DNA from: Gammaproteobacteria bacterium
GTDB lineage: Bacteria; Pseudomonadota; Gammaproteobacteria; Steroidobacterales; Steroidobacteraceae
DNA length: 58,070 bases
Assembly: GCA_027307325.1 (NCBI GenBank)
Contig: DAHUXE010000057.1
Coordinates: 1-58,070 of the forward strand
Reading direction: 5' to 3'
Shown: one piece after another, positions 56,573 to 58,070 of the stretch
Numbering within the stretch: position 1 is the stretch's first letter
Layout of the letters: the number at the start of each line of letters is the position of its first letter
Notes under the pieces: generated by a model
Told to the model about the DNA's origin: nothing
Database searches by the model: none
The model's input: only the letters and a program-made list of their open reading frames with translations
Position numbers and translations under genes: made by a program

Positions 56573-56938
56573 CTAGCGAACTCTGAGCAAAGAGACGAGA
56601 AGCGGACCAGCACTGCCATTAACAACTACCTCTTTCGAAGCATAGCCGTCGGCGGAAACAACTACGGTGCCGCGAGGAGGAAGTGATCTGTAAGGGGCGA
56701 GCCAGAAGATATGTGTCGTGCGCGTAGTGGGCGCTAAGGAGAATCGTCCGTCGGAGTTCGTTTGCGCGAATAACCCTGGCTGGTCGTCCACCGAGATTGT
56801 AGCTCCCTGAATGGGCTTTTTAGTGGCGGCGTCAACCACCGTGCCCGACGCAGAGGGCGAAACATACGTGGTTATCTCGATGCAGCCGCTGAGCGACATA
56901 AGAAACGAGAGAGATAGCGTGTAGCGCCATTTGCTCAT
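56573..56938 (-). CDS. Cassette: lipoprotein with carboxypeptidase-regulatory-like domain
   Basis: Start at MSKWRYTLSLSFLMSLSGC (lipobox); GTVVDAATKKPIQGATISVD...TNSDGRFSL. Confidence 0.65.
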   Translation of the reverse strand: MSKWRYTLSLSFLMSLSGCIEITTYVSPSASGTVVDAATKKPIQGATISVDDQPGLFAQTNSDGRFSLAPTTRTTHIFWLAPYRSLPPRGTVVVSADGYASKEVVVNGSAGPLLVSLLRVR

Positions 56939-56943
56939 GTGCG

Positions 56944-57064
56944 GCCTAAGGGTGAAGCTGAGGGGCCGCACGACCACGCCGGCTAGGCGACGCGGGCGCA
57001 CACTGTCTTCCAGCGCCCGCGGCGACACTACTGAGCATCACGGACTCTCCAGCGATTGTTAGGC
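56944..57064 (-). repeat. attC site (121 bp)
   Basis: GCCTAAG-ggtgaagctgaggggccg...gcatcacggactctccagcgatt-GTTAGGC. Confidence 0.85.
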
Positions 57065-57355
57065 GGCAGCGGCATCGCCGAGCTCAACAACAGTCCCCGG
57101 AGGACAGAGTTCGGCGTAGAGCGTTGCCTCCCTTGGATCGCGCTCGTCGCACAGCAGTCCAACTAGTGACTCCGAGAACATTCGGTCGACAACCTCGACC
57201 GAAGCGATTTTGGCGGACCACGAGAGACCATCGGGTAGCTTGAAGTTGATGGTCTGCCCGGCGCGGGCGATGCCATCAAGGACGTGCCCGGCCAGGGCAA
57301 CCTTACGCCGTGCGGTGAAGCGAAGTACCTCGCGAACCTCAAATCGTGCGCCCAC
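57059..57355 (-). CDS. Cassette: hypothetical soluble protein
   Basis: 98-aa ORF with GTG start, between attCs. Confidence 0.5.
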   Translation of the reverse strand: MGARFEVREVLRFTARRKVALAGHVLDGIARAGQTINFKLPDGLSWSAKIASVEVVDRMFSESLVGLLCDERDPREATLYAELCPPGTVVELGDAAAA

Positions 57356-57361
57356 GCTGCC

Positions 57362-57555
57362 GCCTAACGGTGAAGTTGAGGGGCCGCACAGAAGCGCCCG
57401 ATGGCGCCGATGGCGCCGAGGGCGCCGATGGCGCCGAGGGCGCCGAGGGCGCCGATGGCGCCGAGGGCGCCGAGGGCGCCGAGGGCGCGCAATCTCTCAG
57501 CGCCCGAGGCGCCAATCCGCAAGCGCATCACGGAGCCCTCCAACGATTGTTAGGC
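57362..57555 (-). repeat. attC site, expanded variant (194 bp) containing a 9-bp tandem repeat
   Basis: GCCTAAC-ggtgaagttgaggggccg...[GAKGGCGCC]x10...gcatcacggagccctccaacgatt-GTTAGGC. Confidence 0.9.
57400..57489. repeat. Tandem 9-bp repeat GA(T/G)GGCGCC, 10 copies
   Basis: Counted directly; the T/G variant order is T,T,G,T,G,G,T,G,G,G and the last copy ends GCG; a degenerate copy gaagcgccc precedes it. Confidence 0.95.
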
Positions 57556-57974
57556 GGCATCGAAACCGAGGCGACGCGGCTCAGCATCACTACGTTCGCC
57601 AAGAGTAACGCGCCTGCCACAGCTTCAGTCCAAATCGTTAGATTCATCATCGCCGAGTGGTGCGTCATGGGCGCTCGAGTGTAGTGAAGAAGGCCCCCAA
57701 AACCGAGAGTCGCGTAGAAGCCCAAAACCGTCAGCCCGATAGTGCGCTGCCTGAGGCTATACAGCACGTAGCCGAGCAGGCCGATCGCCATCACACAGCA
57801 CCAAGCGGCGTAAACATCGGCTCGTGACCAGGACGGTGGCAGATGCGGATACTCAGCTAGGTACTCGGCATTGTGAGCGAAGTGCAGGAGAGTCGCCGCG
57901 GCGTACAAGACGAAGAGCCAAGGCAGTGTCTGGCTTTCGCGGTTGGTCTTGCGACCGAGGCTCACCAAAAACAC
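57528..57974 (-). CDS. Cassette: hypothetical 4-TM membrane protein
   Basis: 148-aa ORF; the exact start (GTG/TTG cluster at 57965-57974) is uncertain; the C-terminal NNRWRAP is encoded by the attC. Confidence 0.55.
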   Translation of the reverse strand: MFLVSLGRKTNRESQTLPWLFVLYAAATLLHFAHNAEYLAEYPHLPPSWSRADVYAAWCCVMAIGLLGYVLYSLRQRTIGLTVLGFYATLGFGGLLHYTRAPMTHHSAMMNLTIWTEAVAGALLLANVVMLSRVASVSMPPNNRWRAP

Positions 57975-57975
57975 C

Positions 57976-58070
57976 GCCTAACGGTGAAGTTGAGGGGCCG
58001 CACGATCACGCAAGACAGGCGCCGCCGGCCCACAATCTCTCGGCGCCCGAGGCGCCTAACCGCAAACGCT
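57976..58070 (-). repeat. attC site, partial (cut by window end)
   Basis: GCCTAAC-ggtgaagttgaggggccgcacg...cggcgcccgaggcgcctaaccgcaaacgct; same subfamily as 57362-57555. Confidence 0.8.

Larger units (their letters stand above)
49008..58070 (-). mobile_element. Integron gene-cassette array (integrase and attI not in window; truncated at the window end)
   Basis: 18 attC-type imperfect palindromes. Plus-strand consensus: YCTAAC-GGTGAAGTTGAGGGGCCG...GCATCACGGCCCCCTCCAACGATT-GTTAGRC. Each pair brackets one small cassette, all cassettes code on the minus strand, and stops fall in or beside the core sites. Confidence 0.88.

Noticed and set aside
57210-57684. Plus-strand ORFs 57210-57608 and 57346-57684 encoding RRGRRW... 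and GAEGADGAEGA... repeats
   Set aside because: They are translations of the 9-bp tandem repeat inside an attC. They lie on the non-cassette strand and overlap a better minus-strand gene.
49133-58070. Regularly spaced ~120-bp repeats could be a CRISPR array
   Set aside because: The repeats are 52-194 bp imperfect palindromes with variable centres, not short identical direct repeats. The intervening 300-650 bp segments each carry an ORF, and no cas genes are present.
49133-58070. The repeats could be REP/BIME or MITE elements
   Set aside because: They carry RYYYAAC/GTTRRRY termini and are strictly co-oriented with single ORFs whose stops fall in the cores. They also occur as an uninterrupted array, with none seen in the intergenic regions of the 37-kb backbone. 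That pattern fits attC sites rather than dispersed REPs. A genome-wide count would settle it.

Overview
High-GC proteobacterial chromosome segment in three parts. No similarity search was possible, so family names come from motifs I recognise in the translations.

(1) 1-37.5 kb is conserved backbone. On the minus strand it carries the F1Fo ATP synthase operon (atpI-B-E-F-H-A-G plus the 5' end of atpD) and parB/parA. A Leu/Val-type dehydrogenase with a divergent Lrp regulator follows, then rsmG. After these come an OmpR-type two-component pair, an S9 peptidase homolog, an MBL hydrolase, an acuI-like reductase and prpBCD. Further along are a DegP-like protease, cytochrome c4, dtd, tatABC, and POT and OPT peptide transporters. 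The last stretch holds small membrane/stress genes, ctpA, a GGDEF-EAL protein, an envC-like gene and yibN-grxC-secB-gpsA.

(2) 38.1-49.0 kb is an accessory-looking run of 23 small, functionally unrelated genes. 22 of them are on the minus strand.

(3) 49.0-58.07 kb is an integron gene-cassette array. It has 17 well-supported attC sites plus one degenerate site. These bound 16 small cassettes, all coding on the minus strand, and the sequence is visibly less GC-rich. The array runs off the right edge of the window. No integrase or attI is present, so intI is predicted beyond 58070.

Decayed attC sites lie further left: one clear at 47717-47822, and weaker ones at 44891-44994 and 42027-42189. They suggest part (2) is the eroded distal end of the same array.

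Notable details: a 9-bp x10 tandem repeat inside one attC, an AAC(6')-I-like cassette, a DHFR-family cassette with a ~255-nt leader, start codons abutting attC cores, and many orphan small membrane proteins. In the backbone, the S9 peptidase homolog has Ala at the nucleophile position, and tatB lacks a canonical start codon.
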